A stretch of DNA of 64,000 bases, taken from NCBI GenBank assembly GCA_951406725.2, contig OX597827.1, positions 52,018,001-52,082,000 on the forward strand. Reading direction: 5' to 3'. The notes beneath the pieces were generated by a model. The model was not told the origin of the DNA and searched no databases. It saw nothing but the letters and a program-made list of their open reading frames with translations. The stretch comes from Octopus vulgaris (lineage: Eukaryota). Below are positions 27,975 through 41,089 of the stretch, piece after piece (the first letter of the stretch is position 1; the number at the start of each line of letters is the position of its first letter). A program made the translations under genes and the position numbers.

Positions 27975-30900
27975 AAGTGTTGCCAACTTAAAATAAGAAT
28001 TTTATGCTAAATTTCTGTAGAAAAAATATCAAAAATATGCTTAAAAATGCTAAATAAGGAAAAAAAAGTGCGGAAGACTAATTATATCAAAAACCTTAAT
28101 TTTTATTTACTTTCTTTAATTATATTCAGCATTGAGAAATAATTTCTTGAATTTCACTGATTTCATCACTTTCAGCTGCAATGCCAAGGTCTTGACTTCT
28201 GTATACATTCAAGGTCCCAATCTTGTTAATTATGTGCTTTGGAATATCGAAGTTTTTGCAACATTTGCCATATCTTTTCGGGCCATATTTTATAGACAGT
28301 ATTGATCTAAGCATAGGAAGATGCATTTTGTTTTTCAATTTTGATTTGGTTTACACCCACACTACTGAACATCCGTTCAACCTTTGCATTTGAGTTTGGC
28401 AATGTCAATAGATTAATGGCAAAATTTGCAACATCTCTAAAAGGATTTCCTCCAGTAGCATCTTTATATTCTGAGACTTCCAGCCAGAATGTTTCGGTAT
28501 TAGACGTATTTTTCCATTTAACTAAATGAATATTATTAAACTGAATTTCATTTAAAGCAATTTTTTCTTCGTTTAAATGCATTGCTTCTAAAACAGGTAA
28601 AATTGGCTCTTCGAAATGCTGTAAAATATTCTCTACTAAAAAACATTTGATATTCCTCAGTATATTGATATTTTCTAGCAAACAGTGTTTGAGCTCTTTA
28701 TAAAAGCAGAGTAAAAATTGTTGTGCTATTTTGTGAATATTATTTTTTTCGGTGGCTGTTACAGTCTTCTTAATAATCATTTCTGCTATCTTTCTCTCGA
28801 ACCTGAAGCCTAAATTTGGTTTAAGATCCAGAAATTTTTCAATAGAAGCATCAGGATCAAGAGGATCAATTCTGCATGTTGGCAACACTATCATATTAGC
28901 AACAGATTTGATCAAATTTGAAAGATCTTCAAGTAATTTTGTTTTGTCGACAGTGTTTGATTCAAACAGTTTATTCATTTCCTGAACATGTTTTGAAATT
29001 GGATGCAAAAATAAAAGGTAATGTTCATTCCCAGAATCACAAAACATTTCATGTAACTTTTGTAGTTGTATTTTGGAAGTGAGTTTGCAATTCAAATCAT
29101 TAGCTTAAAATTCTATTTACAGCTGGTTCTATTGACAGCCACCTAGTTGTACAAGAATTTACAATCTTCAAAGGCTCTTTATCATTCATAGCAGGGTAAA
29201 GTAGTTTGTAGGCACTTTGTCTTGTTGAAGAATGAGAGAACCATTTATAGGTTTCGGATACTAAAAATTCTAAATTTATAGGAAGGCATTCAGCACAAGT
29301 GTGGGATACTGCCAACCGTAAAGAATGACATACACATCTAAATAGAAGTAATGATGGAACTACTTTTAATTTCTGGAAAACACCATTGTTGACTCCTATC
29401 ATTACTCTAGCATTGTCGGTTCCTATAGCCAGTAATATCTAATTTCTTTTTCGCAAATTCAATTTTTAAGGTATCTACAATGTCATCTGCATCACATGTT
29501 TCTAAAGATACCATACTGAGATATGTATGTACCACTTTTTTGTGAGTGCCACTGTAATATATGATAACAATTCCTAACAACTTGTTTATCGATATATCAT
29601 TGGATTCATCTAATAACAGGTTAACTTTTCTATCTCCTATATCAGAAATCAAATCTCCATCAAAATATGGAGCTAGAACATTTCTCACAATATTTGCACA
29701 TTTTGTACGATGCAACTTCACTTTGGACATAATATTATTATCAGACATATAATTCTTACATAACTCTATGAAGTGATCACAGCTATTAAATGATGAGTGG
29801 CAACAAATTAACATTGCTAAATTTGCTTCAACCATAAATGTCTTATCATTTTGGGTTTTAATAAAATTGGTAAGAGGAATCATTTGCTGTGGGGTTGATG
29901 CCTTATGTTTCTTTGTTTCACAGTGGCTTACTAAAAGAGAATATCTTGCCAACATATTACAACTACAATATCTGCAATTTGCTTTAGATTGATCACTAGA
30001 TACTTCACACAACCATTTGGTAAAACCTGGCATCTTAAACCATTCCTTTCGGAATTTTTGCTGGTGCAACTTTGTTTTTTCTTTGCTCATTATAATGTAG
30101 TGGGAAGCAAGAAAATAAATTGAATGCTTAATAAAAATATAAAATTGAAAATACAACTCATCGGTTTGCCGCTAACAATTTTTTCATTCGCCGTTAGCAA
30201 TTTTTATGTTTGCTGCTTACAAATTCTTGAGGTGAATAACACTGATTCAGGATGCAGGGTGGCCAACTTAAAAATGGAAAAGTAAAATCCGCAGAAATCC
30301 TAAAACTGTGTTCTAATATAAACCTGGGAACATCATATTTCGCTTCCAGGCGAAGATAAAGAATACGTACACCCGGTGGTTAGGATTAGGGTTAGGGTTT
30401 AGGGTTAGTGTTAGGGTCAGGATTAGGGTTTTTGTTACGCCGAAAACTGTTAGTGTACATATTCTTAACCTCCGCCTCGTTTCCAATCTTACATTTAATA
30501 TCTATTGGTAAAACCACAAATATAACTACAATACTTGAAAAACAAAAGTAAGTAGAAATATAAAGGGGAAGACCCCGCCACCCCCGTACTTCTGTACAAG
30601 ATATATAATCCAAAAAAAGCATGAAAAAACACAGGGCTATTTTAAAACAGTCAAGCTGAAAGTAAATCACTCAACCTGTCATGATAAAAACTCATAACTA
30701 CAGAATAAAACATTGTTAGGACGAATTTCCATGCTTTCATTCTTTGCTACATATTTACATTATTGTGTAGTGAATTCATGTGCTGACATGAGTCATTTTC
30801 TCCCCCCCTCCTCCCACCAGCACCACTTCGTATCCAAGCCGGGGGAGGTGGGGCTGGAAAATTCATAACTTCATAAACTTCCTTTTGATAAACTTTCATT

Positions 30901-31153
30901 TGAAGTTTCAAGAAAGTGAAAGAAAAATTCAACAAAGCCGATAGTACTAAAATTTGGCTATAAGATACATTAACGAAAGTAGAAAAGGAGGAAAAAGAAG
31001 AAAAAAGGGTAACTATTGTGGAAATGTCTTGATCAGAGAAAAATGCTAAAGAAATACTAAATAAAATTTTAAGCCTGCTATTTTCCCTGTTAAATTCTAG
31101 ATTCAAAAATTTTCTGTTAAATGCTGAAAAAATATGCTAAATTGGCAACCCTG
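27975..31153 (-). mobile_element. Complete hAT DNA transposon (3179 bp) with an 8-bp TSD
   Basis: TSD CTAGGAAT at 27967-27974 and 31154-31161; TIRs aagtgttgccaa / ttggcaaccctg. Confidence 0.92.
28126..30090 (-). pseudogene. hAT transposase pseudogene (N-terminal zinc finger, DDE core, dimerisation domain)
   Basis: CRYC..H....KH finger, LLLDES, CVCHSL, TRWLS and LTLPNSNAKVERMFS motifs, split over four ORFs. Confidence 0.9.
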
Positions 31154-31269
31154 CTAGGAATAGACGAGACAGCCTTTACAATATGCACCTAAAAATCTAA
31201 AACAGCATAACTCGCGCAAATATAGATTATACAAGATTAAGGGTTAATAAAATAACGCAACCTACATAC

Positions 31270-31810
31270 ATTACACACACCACCAAGCCTAACAGGATCG
31301 CGTCTACTAACCAGGATGCATTTATATCTGGAGGTATGTCCCCCTGAAAGTACGTCTTCCAAGGTATGTGGATAGAAGCACTACCAACTTCGTCTTCATC
31401 GGGGTTACAGAGTGCAGCCTGGCGGGTACTGCATCCCTGGACCGCACCTCCACCGTGCCTTACTTCCTGCCTCTATTTATATGCATTATTTCACCCCATC
31501 TGGGCTTTAACGCTTTTTCTATTTGACTTTGCGTCATTATTTTAATTTTTTGGCTCTCCTCCGAGAGCGTTCGAAACACAGTTAATTTCTCCTTTTCACT
31601 TAACACGACATCTTGAGGTAAGGACACATTTACATTGTTTCCATCTTTTTTCAATAGTTCATTAAACTTTCCAATCTGGTTCAAATTAATATTTCTCTGG
31701 TAGCTTTTAGCTGCCTTTGCAAAATTCATTTTGTCTACGTTGTCAATTTCTCTAAGGAGTTTTTCTTCTGAGGAGGAATACTCAGACGAACTCATGCTAT
31801 TCGAATAGGA
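31270..31810 (-). mobile_element. Retroelement ORF1-like fragment (same family as 38870-41000)
   Basis: LTVFRTLS...MTQSQIEKALKPRW matches TIYRTYS...MSTAQIEKALKPIW near 39110-39200. Confidence 0.6.
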
Positions 31811-32074
31811 CATCCTAGAAGCTACGCAGTTCCCAAAAAAGGGGAACAGCGCAAAACAATGCAGCCATAAAACAGTAATACAAGTGTTCAACAATGCAAT
31901 ACAATAACAAATTAAACACAATTTCAAATTTTTCACTGACCTTTTACACAAAAAATATGCGAAATTTTTTCTCCTCAACAGTTAACCACGTTTTGTATCC
32001 ATTCGTAAAAAAGATGATCGATACCAACAGGCGTGCTGAGTCTGCCAGCTCGCCGCCTTAACAACAACAATGAT

Positions 32075-32290
32075 AATAAACCTTTCTACTATAGGCACAA
32101 GGTCTGAATTGGGGGGGGGGCAGTCGATTACCTCGACTCCAGTGCGTAACTGGTACTTAATTTATCGATCCCGAAAGGATGAAAAGCAAAGTCGACCCCG
32201 GCGGAATTTGAACTCAGAACGTAGCGATGAGCAAAATACTGCTAAGCATTTGCACAACGTGCTAAAGATTCTGCCAGCTCGCCGCCTTAT
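32075..32290 (-). mobile_element. SINE family B
   Basis: Shared core. Confidence 0.8.
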
Positions 32291-32717
32291 CATAATAATT
32301 ATAATGATGGTTCCATTTATATGCCACAAGGGCGAAGGATGAGGCGAACAATACAGAGACAGACATAACGAAAACATTAGAAAATTGAGATCAGCAAATA
32401 AGACACATGAATATGTATTGATAGATAGAATTAATATTACAAGACAAAAATAAAAAATAGAAATCATCCCCAAAAGAGTGAAGCAACAAGACTGGTCAGC
32501 TCTGGGCACCACACACACACACGCACACACACACAACACACACACACACACACACATTGATTATTCTGACACATCAAAAACCAGTCTCTTATCCATAGCC
32601 TAGAGTATTTCCGCTAGCCTAGAGTCGCATAGTTTATGTAGGCCAATTTGGCAATTCCACTTTAGCTAATTTGACGCACCTTTAGTAAAATTTACTCTTT
32701 TGTTATAACCTCCAGAC

Positions 32718-33347
32718 CAGTGCTTCCCAACGTGGGGCGTAAGAAAATTAGGGTGGAGCATGCGTTAGCGTGGGCTGTGAAAACTTTTGCAAGTGACTTG
32801 AGTGCACACTTGTCGACCCTAAGCCTATCTCTGGACACTGAAATGGAGAAAAAAAACATCACCATGCAATATCTATACTTAAATCATGAGAGTCGATGTA
32901 GCTACAACCAATCGGCATATCTGCTTTTGTTAGGTGTTTGTTTAAGTTTCAATATCTATTGTCCAAGCGAACTATTGATTCATTTTCCTTTGTTTTATTT
33001 GGTCGAATGTGAATTCAGTGCAGTTGACAATTTGCTGGAAGCCAAGAGAAACTGGCTTGAAATTACAAAACATGATGATTTAAGGCTGAATTTAACGAAA
33101 CTGTCTCTTCAAATCAAGGATTCGTGCCGTATGCACCAGGCACAGGATTCTCACTAAACGAGTTGAGGTATCCGTCAGCTAGGTAACTGAATTAAAAATC
33201 GTGCTTCTATATTTAAAAAACAATGTTGATGGGCAACAATTTTTTTGTTATTAAAAAGTGAAACATTGGAAATCTGTTATTAAAAAGTGGGGCACTGAAA
33301 ATTTTTTTATTAAGATGGGGCACCGGAAAAAAGGTTGGAAAACACTG
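32718..33347 (+). mobile_element. Internally deleted hAT (Charlie/Buster-like) element
   Basis: TIRs cagtgcttcccaac / gttggaaaacactg; degenerate TSD ctccagac / cactagac; transposase C-terminus FP..YLVECEFS...KRN.L...DLRL...HQAQDSH. Confidence 0.85.
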
Positions 33348-33559
33348 CACTAGACAGAGGAAGACTACGGGCCTTCCTTTGGCACAGAAGAGCAGGTTGC
33401 TTGATCTTTACGATAGGGTCGAACTGCTTCATCATGCTATGCATTTCTCAGATAGGGTCGGTTGTTGGCAGTTCCAAAACAGTTATGCCTGTAAGAGTTG
33501 AACTCAAGCAGACAAAATCCGTTTGAAGCAGTGCCGGGCTCCGGACTTCTGGAAAAATT

Positions 33560-33710
33560 GTGGCTCTGTAGTATGAAGCCTGTGTCCCAGCCTCATGGTT
33601 CCAGGCTCAGTCCCACAGCGTGGAACATTGGGCAAGTGTAGTCTACTATAGCTTCGGGCCGACCAAAGCCTTGTGAGTGGATTTGGCAGGCAGAAACTGA
33701 AGGAAGTCCG

Positions 33711-33805
<95 letters not shown>

Positions 33806-33836
33806 CGTGTGTGTGTCTGTGTCTGTGTCTGTGTCT

Positions 33837-33879
<43 letters not shown>

Positions 33880-34110
33880 TTTATGCCTGTTTGTCAGCCA
33901 CCACCACTTAACAACCAGTGTTAGTTTCTTTTTTTTTACGTTCCCGTAACTTAGCAGTTCGGCAAAATGAGATCGATAGAATATCATGCTTTAAAAAAAA
34001 AAAATCAAATTCTCGGGTCGATTAATTCGACTAAAAGTTCTTCAGGACGGTGTCCCAACATGGCCGTAGTCTAATGACTGAAACAGGTAAAAGGTAAAAG
34101 ATAAAAGATA
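33560..34110 (+). mobile_element. SINE family A with expanded internal (GT)n
   Basis: Shared head and tail. Confidence 0.85.
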
Positions 34111-34989
34111 AAGATAATACTCGGCCCAAAAGACAATCCACCAACCGCGTTGTCAAGCTGATAAAGTGCATCGGGTGCCTGGCAACGTTGTTAAAAACAT
34201 TTTCTTTACTGGCCTGAAAAGCTTTTATATAAATAAACGTTATGCGTGGAAATTGAGAATATAAAGAGTTATATAAAAGCGAAAGGAGAAGGAAAGACGT
34301 TATACAATGAGCATGTTTAATAATTGAAATCAATTAAAAACAGAATAAATACAACATATAAAAACACAATAATTAATACATAAATTGGGTACACACACAC
34401 ATACACAGGAAAGGAATCACTTTTTAGGTTGGATCAAATCCTCCTGTAGTTCTATCTTTCACTCCTGATTCTCCTTACTCAGTACATGGTCTTCCATCTG
34501 GAACTCGGTTGCGGCGTAAATACTCAAGTGTTCCAAGTGGAAGGAAGGTCCTCCCTGTGCATTTTGGACACTTTTTCGCGCTGCTTTTTGTCCTCTTTTT
34601 GCCATCAGCCACCGCTTTTTAATCTTCTTCAGCTTTTATTCACTCCTAATCATCGATGCAATAGCACTACTAGAAGAGGAGCTCTCTATCTCCAGATCCG
34701 TCAATTTCAGGAGTAACAGACCAGTATTCTTGATTATCCTCAACATTGGGATCCGTTGTTCGAAAACAGCATTTTCCTGGTCTTGCTTCTCTTGTTGGCT
34801 CTACTTTCCAGCACCTCAGGATAGAAATACATCAAGAGTATTTTTACAACAACACATAGAACAGATTTTTCTTTCTGTACTCCGGATAGAATATAGCTTC
34901 AACATGACCATATGGTTATCAGGACATGCATATCTAAGCAGACTCTACCGGACTATACGCCGCTTCGGTCATATCGGTATCCGTAAGCT

Positions 34990-35385
34990 GAAGGCGGCGA
35001 GCTGGCAGAAACGTTAGCACGCCGGGCGAAATGCTAAGCGGTATTTTGTCTGCCGTTACGTTCTGAGTTCAAATTCCGCCGAAGTCGATTTTGCCTTTCA
35101 TCCTTTCGGGATCGATTAAATAAGTACCAGTTATGCACTGGGGTCGATATAATCGACTTAATCCGTTTGTCTGTCCTTGTTTGTCCTCTCTGTGTTTAGC
35201 CTTTTGTGAGTAGTAAAGAAATAGGTATTTCGTCTGCCGCTACGTTCTAAGTTCAAATTCCGCCGAGGTCGACTTTGCCTTTCATCCTTTCGGGGGTCGA
35301 TTAAATAAGTACCAGTTACGCACTGGGGTCGATATAATCGACTTAATCCGTTTATCTATCCTTGCGGGCAGTAAAGAAATAGGTA
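34990..35385 (+). mobile_element. SINE family B with a tandemly duplicated body
   Basis: Starts aaggcggcgagctggcagaaacgttagc; body repeats at 35040-35220 and 35224-35383. Confidence 0.88.
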
Positions 35386-35865
35386 TCCATAAGCTGCCCG
35401 TACCGCGCTGCAAAGATGACAACTAAAAATAAGTATCAATACTTATTGATACAACTCGTTATATTCCACCGCCCAGTTGTATTACGGTGTGCCTGCGGAT
35501 TAGCGTGTTGTCCGCCAACTCAGCCTATCCTTGGTGTTGAAGACCAAACGTATAGCCCCATATTCCTTTCCTCAATCGGTGGAAACCATAATGCTCCAGA
35601 CATTAGTCGGTGGGGTTCTCTAACGACTCATCAAACAAAGACATGCCAACAACCGATGTTATCGCTCTCGTTGACTTCGCTGATGTGTCTTTTTGCAGAT
35701 CATCAATGATTGTTTGTATCAGATGATATTGCCACACAGGCCGCTGAACTTAGTGAAAACTTACTATGAGTTCACTCTCACCAAGGCCAAGGTCTGCAAT
35801 GAGAACAGTGACTACTTTAAAGTATAGGCTTTTGTATCTTATCTTCCACATTGTTCAACTCTCAT

Positions 35866-35945
<80 letters not shown>

Positions 35946-36084
35946 TAAATACTAGTATATACTTTATTGAATCTGTTAGTAATGTCAGTAAAAGAACTAA
36001 GTACGAATACACAGCTTGACTCTTACAAAGCAGTGTATTGTTTCACAAATAATGTGCGTGTATGCGTATGTATGTGTGTGTGAG

Positions 36085-36115
<31 letters not shown>

Positions 36116-37212
36116 TTATGTATGTATGTATGTATGTATGTATGTATGTATGTATGTATGTATGTATGCATGTATGTATGTATGTATGTATGTATGTATG
36201 TATGTATGTACATATGTATGTATGTGCGTACATATATACATTTAGATCTTAATCCCGTAAATTGTTTTGTTTATATTTTATTATGATTAACGTCAAAAGG
36301 TTATTTCACTACACACTAATAGGAAATTGACAAATCTCATCATACGCTGCATAAACTTTGTATCAAGACCCGAATCCAAGGTTCAAGTGTTATAAAGAGA
36401 CTCGTTTTGAGCGCCAACTGAATAGAACAGTGGTTCTCAAATGGGATTCATACAGCCCTTGAGAATCCATACAAGATTTTGTTAAAATATATGTGCAATA
36501 AAATTTTTAAACTTTTGGCCTTTTACCGGAATCTCCGTAGCCGAAAACGAGGGGTTTTGGAAAAAAAAAATCCGAGATATTGATGGCGGGGCGGGCGGAA
36601 GTCTTTCCGAATGTTGTCTCAACTGTCGCCTGCCGATTTGCGCTGTGACCCGCCGATTCATTTTCACACGTCTTGCGTCTTGCTCCAGAGTGTGACAACT
36701 CGCGGTCCAGCTCTACACACGCTCTCTTGTCATTTATAATAGCCGTTTTGACCACTTCTATTCACCCTAGATACGTTGCTATAGTTGGCCGATATGAATC
36801 TACTGTGTTTACTTTCTCCTGTCTTGGCAAGCTTCAGAACAGTTTTGTAATCAGCTATTTGTGAACGCTGCAGAATTCTTTCATTTGTGTTGACTTGTAA
36901 TAATTTTCTAATTCATGACCAACCTGAATATTACTTGTGTTGCGAGATAAAAGTTATTATTAAATGTTCACATGATGTTATATCATTTACATGCAGTCTT
37001 ACCTACAAAACCTCATAAGCCACATCATTCCTCGAAAACTAATAAATTCATCAGAGAAAGGACCGATCCTGTAATAGCAATATCTTTACTAAATTCCACG
37101 CTCAGTTTTCAATTCGGACATTTTGTTTTTCAGATATTCAATTTCTATGAGTTGAAAAATAAACGGATATTCAACCCCCGCTGTCTTATTCTTTTAAACA
37201 TACACATGCACT

Positions 37213-37264
<52 letters not shown>

Positions 37265-38144
37265 CGTATGTATACACACAAATGTAATGTACAGTAAGAA
37301 GTAAAAAAAAAAAAGAGAGAGAGATGCCTTCAAACACAAACGTTTGAAGAACGAGAATATCTACCGGTCATTGAATACTCTCTTAAATAGGTTAGTTTGT
37401 TAGTATTTCGGAGTCAAGTGTGAAGGAAAAGAAGATCAAACAACTTCCCTGTTTATTGTTATAACTCTTGTGTAAACTATGTCATTTCTCAACGTTTTCT
37501 CCTTAGAAAAATCATGAGGAAGAAAATCGTAAAAAATGAAACACCGTTGGAGTAGCTTCGTTTCAGTTGTATGTGTTTTTAAAAAAATCAATTTTTTTGC
37601 CATTTTTACTCGGTTGCATAAGAGTTCTTATCCTGAAATGAAAAAAAAAAGATAAGTCAATAGACCTAAAAGTATATATATCCTATACACTTCAACTATT
37701 TTTTTAATTCGATATATTTCTTTCTGGTAATATAATTTTATCTATGGAATATTCAGAAGCATTAAAAAAAGACAAAAAAATAGTTGACATTTGTATTCCT
37801 AGATATTCGAGAGTTGGATAAACCACGTTCAAGTGCAACATTTGACGCTTTTTATGATTTCACTCACCTTTCCAGAAGTGTTTGCCCACGTATGTATGCA
37901 TGCAAAAAAATAAATGAGTATCTTCGCATTTTTAATCATATTAAATGCGTGTTCGTGTATATTTGCTTGTGCTTATAAAGTTTTATGTGAAATTATTTAT
38001 CCCTATGTCACCCTGCGTATATATATATATATATATATGTATGTTGTGATTTATATAGTACTTGTATTGGATAATGATCTTACCACGATGCAAGTAAGTT
38101 TTAACGTAAAAACGCCTTCTTACTATATGCATAATTGTGTGTGT

Positions 38145-38189
<45 letters not shown>

Positions 38190-38869
38190 TTACCATATGT
38201 CTGGTTAGCAAATGTGTCCCATTTAACACTGAAATGTCCTGGCTATGAATCAAAAGGAAAAACTAAAAATTTTGAAATTGGCAAGGTGTCCAAATACTAC
38301 CGTGCACGCTCAGTTACATATTCATATCACAGCTCATTCTAAGTCGAGCGCTGAAGGTCCTCTTCAGAGGTTTAACAAGAGTATGATGTGCCTACGTTGT
38401 AATAACAGCCTCAAATCACAAGTAGTTTAAAGACATTTTGCTCATCCAAGGGGTAAGCATTACTTATTCCAGAGATTCAGAATATATTATTAATAACAGT
38501 TTTTCGGCTTACCTGTATATTTTCCAATAAACAATAAGTACCAGTAGCATGTCTGTATTAGGTTCAGTTAAAACATGCATTTTTGGACTTCAAGGTAGGC
38601 TCAGGCGACACTGTCAGTTTACAGCCTTACTCAGTCTGTGATTGGCTGAATTAACTAGCTCCCTCGAACAGGCGTTCTTTGCTACGCCCGATTGGAACTC
38701 GATTGGATAATGCATGCCGCCATTATTCAATCGAGTTCCTTCACTCCCTCCGTCTTGTTGATTGCTGTTGAACAGCTGTATGTGTGGAACACGTGTTTTT
38801 CCGTCTTGCAACGGTGGTGGTGTTCGACGTCTTCCCTCTTGTTTGATGGAGGATGTCGTGGGTGCGTGC

Positions 38870-41000
38870 CTTCGTAATGGAATACGAGAGTTTGAGTTCT
38901 TCTTCTGAGGAGGAGGAGGAGGAGGAGCTGGTTGAAAGTCTGAGGAGAATGGACGAAGCAATGTAGGTGAGGAATTGTGCAGAGTCGGTGAAACAGATGA
39001 GCGAGGACGTGTTCTGGAGGAGTTGAGTAGATTCAAAGAAATGCTTAAAAGTGAGAGGAACGACGTAAAAGTGTCCCCCCACCCAAAGAAGTTTTAAAAG
39101 AGAAAAACTATTATTTACAGGACGTACTCAGCTACAACGAGGAGAATTGAAATCATGTCTACTGCTCAAATCGAAAAGGCATTAAAACCAATCTGGTTAG
39201 GAGTTTCTTACCTTGCCAGAGGAAGAAATTTTGGAGCGGTAGAGGTGTAGTGCTCCTACCCATATACGTTGGGAGACGTGCTTCCAGGTTTAGTGTAGAA
39301 GATGCACTCCCAGAAATTGATCTAGTCTGGCTAGCAACTGTCATACTGCTGGGCACGGAAGAGAAGGTGGTGATCCCCGAGGCTACCAGTACACCCCACA
39401 AGAACTGGCAAGGGCAGAACCTATATACGATAATCCATGCGGATCCGGAGACCTTGAAAACGTGGTGGAGACCATCACAGTCGAAGAGATGATACTCAGG
39501 GTCAGAGTAGAAGGCAAGATCCCGCGATGCCTGAAAGGCCACATTAGAGCGGACTGTCCTCCGTCACCCGTGAAGACTAAAGAGAAACTCGAGAGCAGGA
39601 AGGAAATCACGACTTCACCACCGACGAAAACCAGTACAAGCGCTGAGGAAGAGGAGGTGAACGAGGAAAAGAACGGATGGGAAACGGCTGGAAAAAAAAG
39701 AAGAAACTGAAGGAAAAAAACACACTTTGTAAATCAGGGCCCCCATCCTACACCCTCTCTGCCCCAACCTCTCCCTACAGACACCAACATTTTCTATGTT
39801 GACATATAGAGAAACACAAGAACATAGGAGCCCCAAACTTGCCCACCCTTGCCCTGTGAGAAAAAATTTTATACTGTGCAACAGACAAAATGAAAAACTT
39901 TATAATGAGATAGATTCATGGGACAGAGCGATAGAAGTGAATAAGAAAAAAAGGGGGAAAACATTATTGATAGGACATACTCAACAACAACCAGGAAAAT
40001 TGAAATCGTGTCTACCTCTCAAGTCGAAAAGGGATTAAAACGAGAGGAAGAAAGATTGGAACAGGGGAGGTAGAGTTCCGGGGGGGGGGGAGCTACTGCT
40101 AGGATGCACTCGGCAACACCCTTAAAAACGGACCAACTGGTGCTTCTACCCATATACCTTGGGATGCGTGCTTCCAGGCTTAAGGCAGAAGATATACCCC
40201 TGAAATTGATGTACCCTGGCTAACAGCTGCCATACTGCTGGAGAAGAGAAGGTAGTGGTCCTCCAGCCCACCAGAACACTCCACAAGAACTGGCAAGGTC
40301 AGAGCCTAGATATGATAATCTAGGCGACCCCGAAAGACCTTGAAAACATGATCGAGACCATCACAGTCGAAGAAGTGATACTGAGGGTCAGAGTAGAAGG
40401 CAGGATCCTGCGATAAATGTGAAAGGCCACATTAGAGCGGACTGTTCTCCGTCACCCATGAAGATTAAAGAGAAACTAGAGAGCAGGAAGGAAATCGCGA
40501 CTTCACCACCGATGAAAACCAGTACAGGCGCCGAGGAAAAGGAGGTGAACGAGGAAAAGAATCTATGGGAAACGGCTGGGAAAAAAGGAGAAAGAGAAGG
40601 AAAAAATCACACTTTGTAAATGATGACACCCACCCAACTCCCACTCACATCCACTCTACCCCGACCTCTCCCTAGAGACACCAACCCTCTCCATTTCCCA
40701 CCTGACATAAAGACAAGCACAAGCATACAGGAGCCCCAAACTTCCCCACCCTTGCCCTGTGAGAAAAAATGTTATACTGTACAACAGACAAAATGAAAAA
40801 CTTTATAATGAGATAGACTCGTGGGACAGAGCGATAGAAGTGAATATAACAGAAGTTAGGAGATTGCCAGAGTACATTCATTGTGCGGTGGCAGGCCCAG
40901 AGTATCTTTCGAGAGTAAAGGATTATCAAGAAGACTTTGAATGGTGGGTCAAGAAAATAGATGTCAACACAATACCAGAACGGATAAGCTATCTTGAACT
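38870..41000 (+). mobile_element. Degenerate, partly duplicated LINE ORF1 (gag-like, zinc-knuckle remnant)
   Basis: KGHIRADC occurs twice; ~39250-39940 is duplicated at ~40140-40850. Confidence 0.65.
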
Positions 41001-41089
41001 TTTAAATAAAGTATCTTGAACTTTTTTTTAAGTATCTTGAACTCTTAACATAGACATTCTTCGGAAAAATAAAAAATAGAAAGATGAAA

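Noticed and set aside
28126-30156. Domesticated ZNF862/ZBED-like host gene
   Set aside because: Multiple frameshifts plus TIRs and a TSD mark it as a dead transposon copy.
34990-35385. CRISPR-like or functional repeat array
   Set aside because: A duplicated SINE body in eukaryotic DNA, with no repeat-spacer structure.
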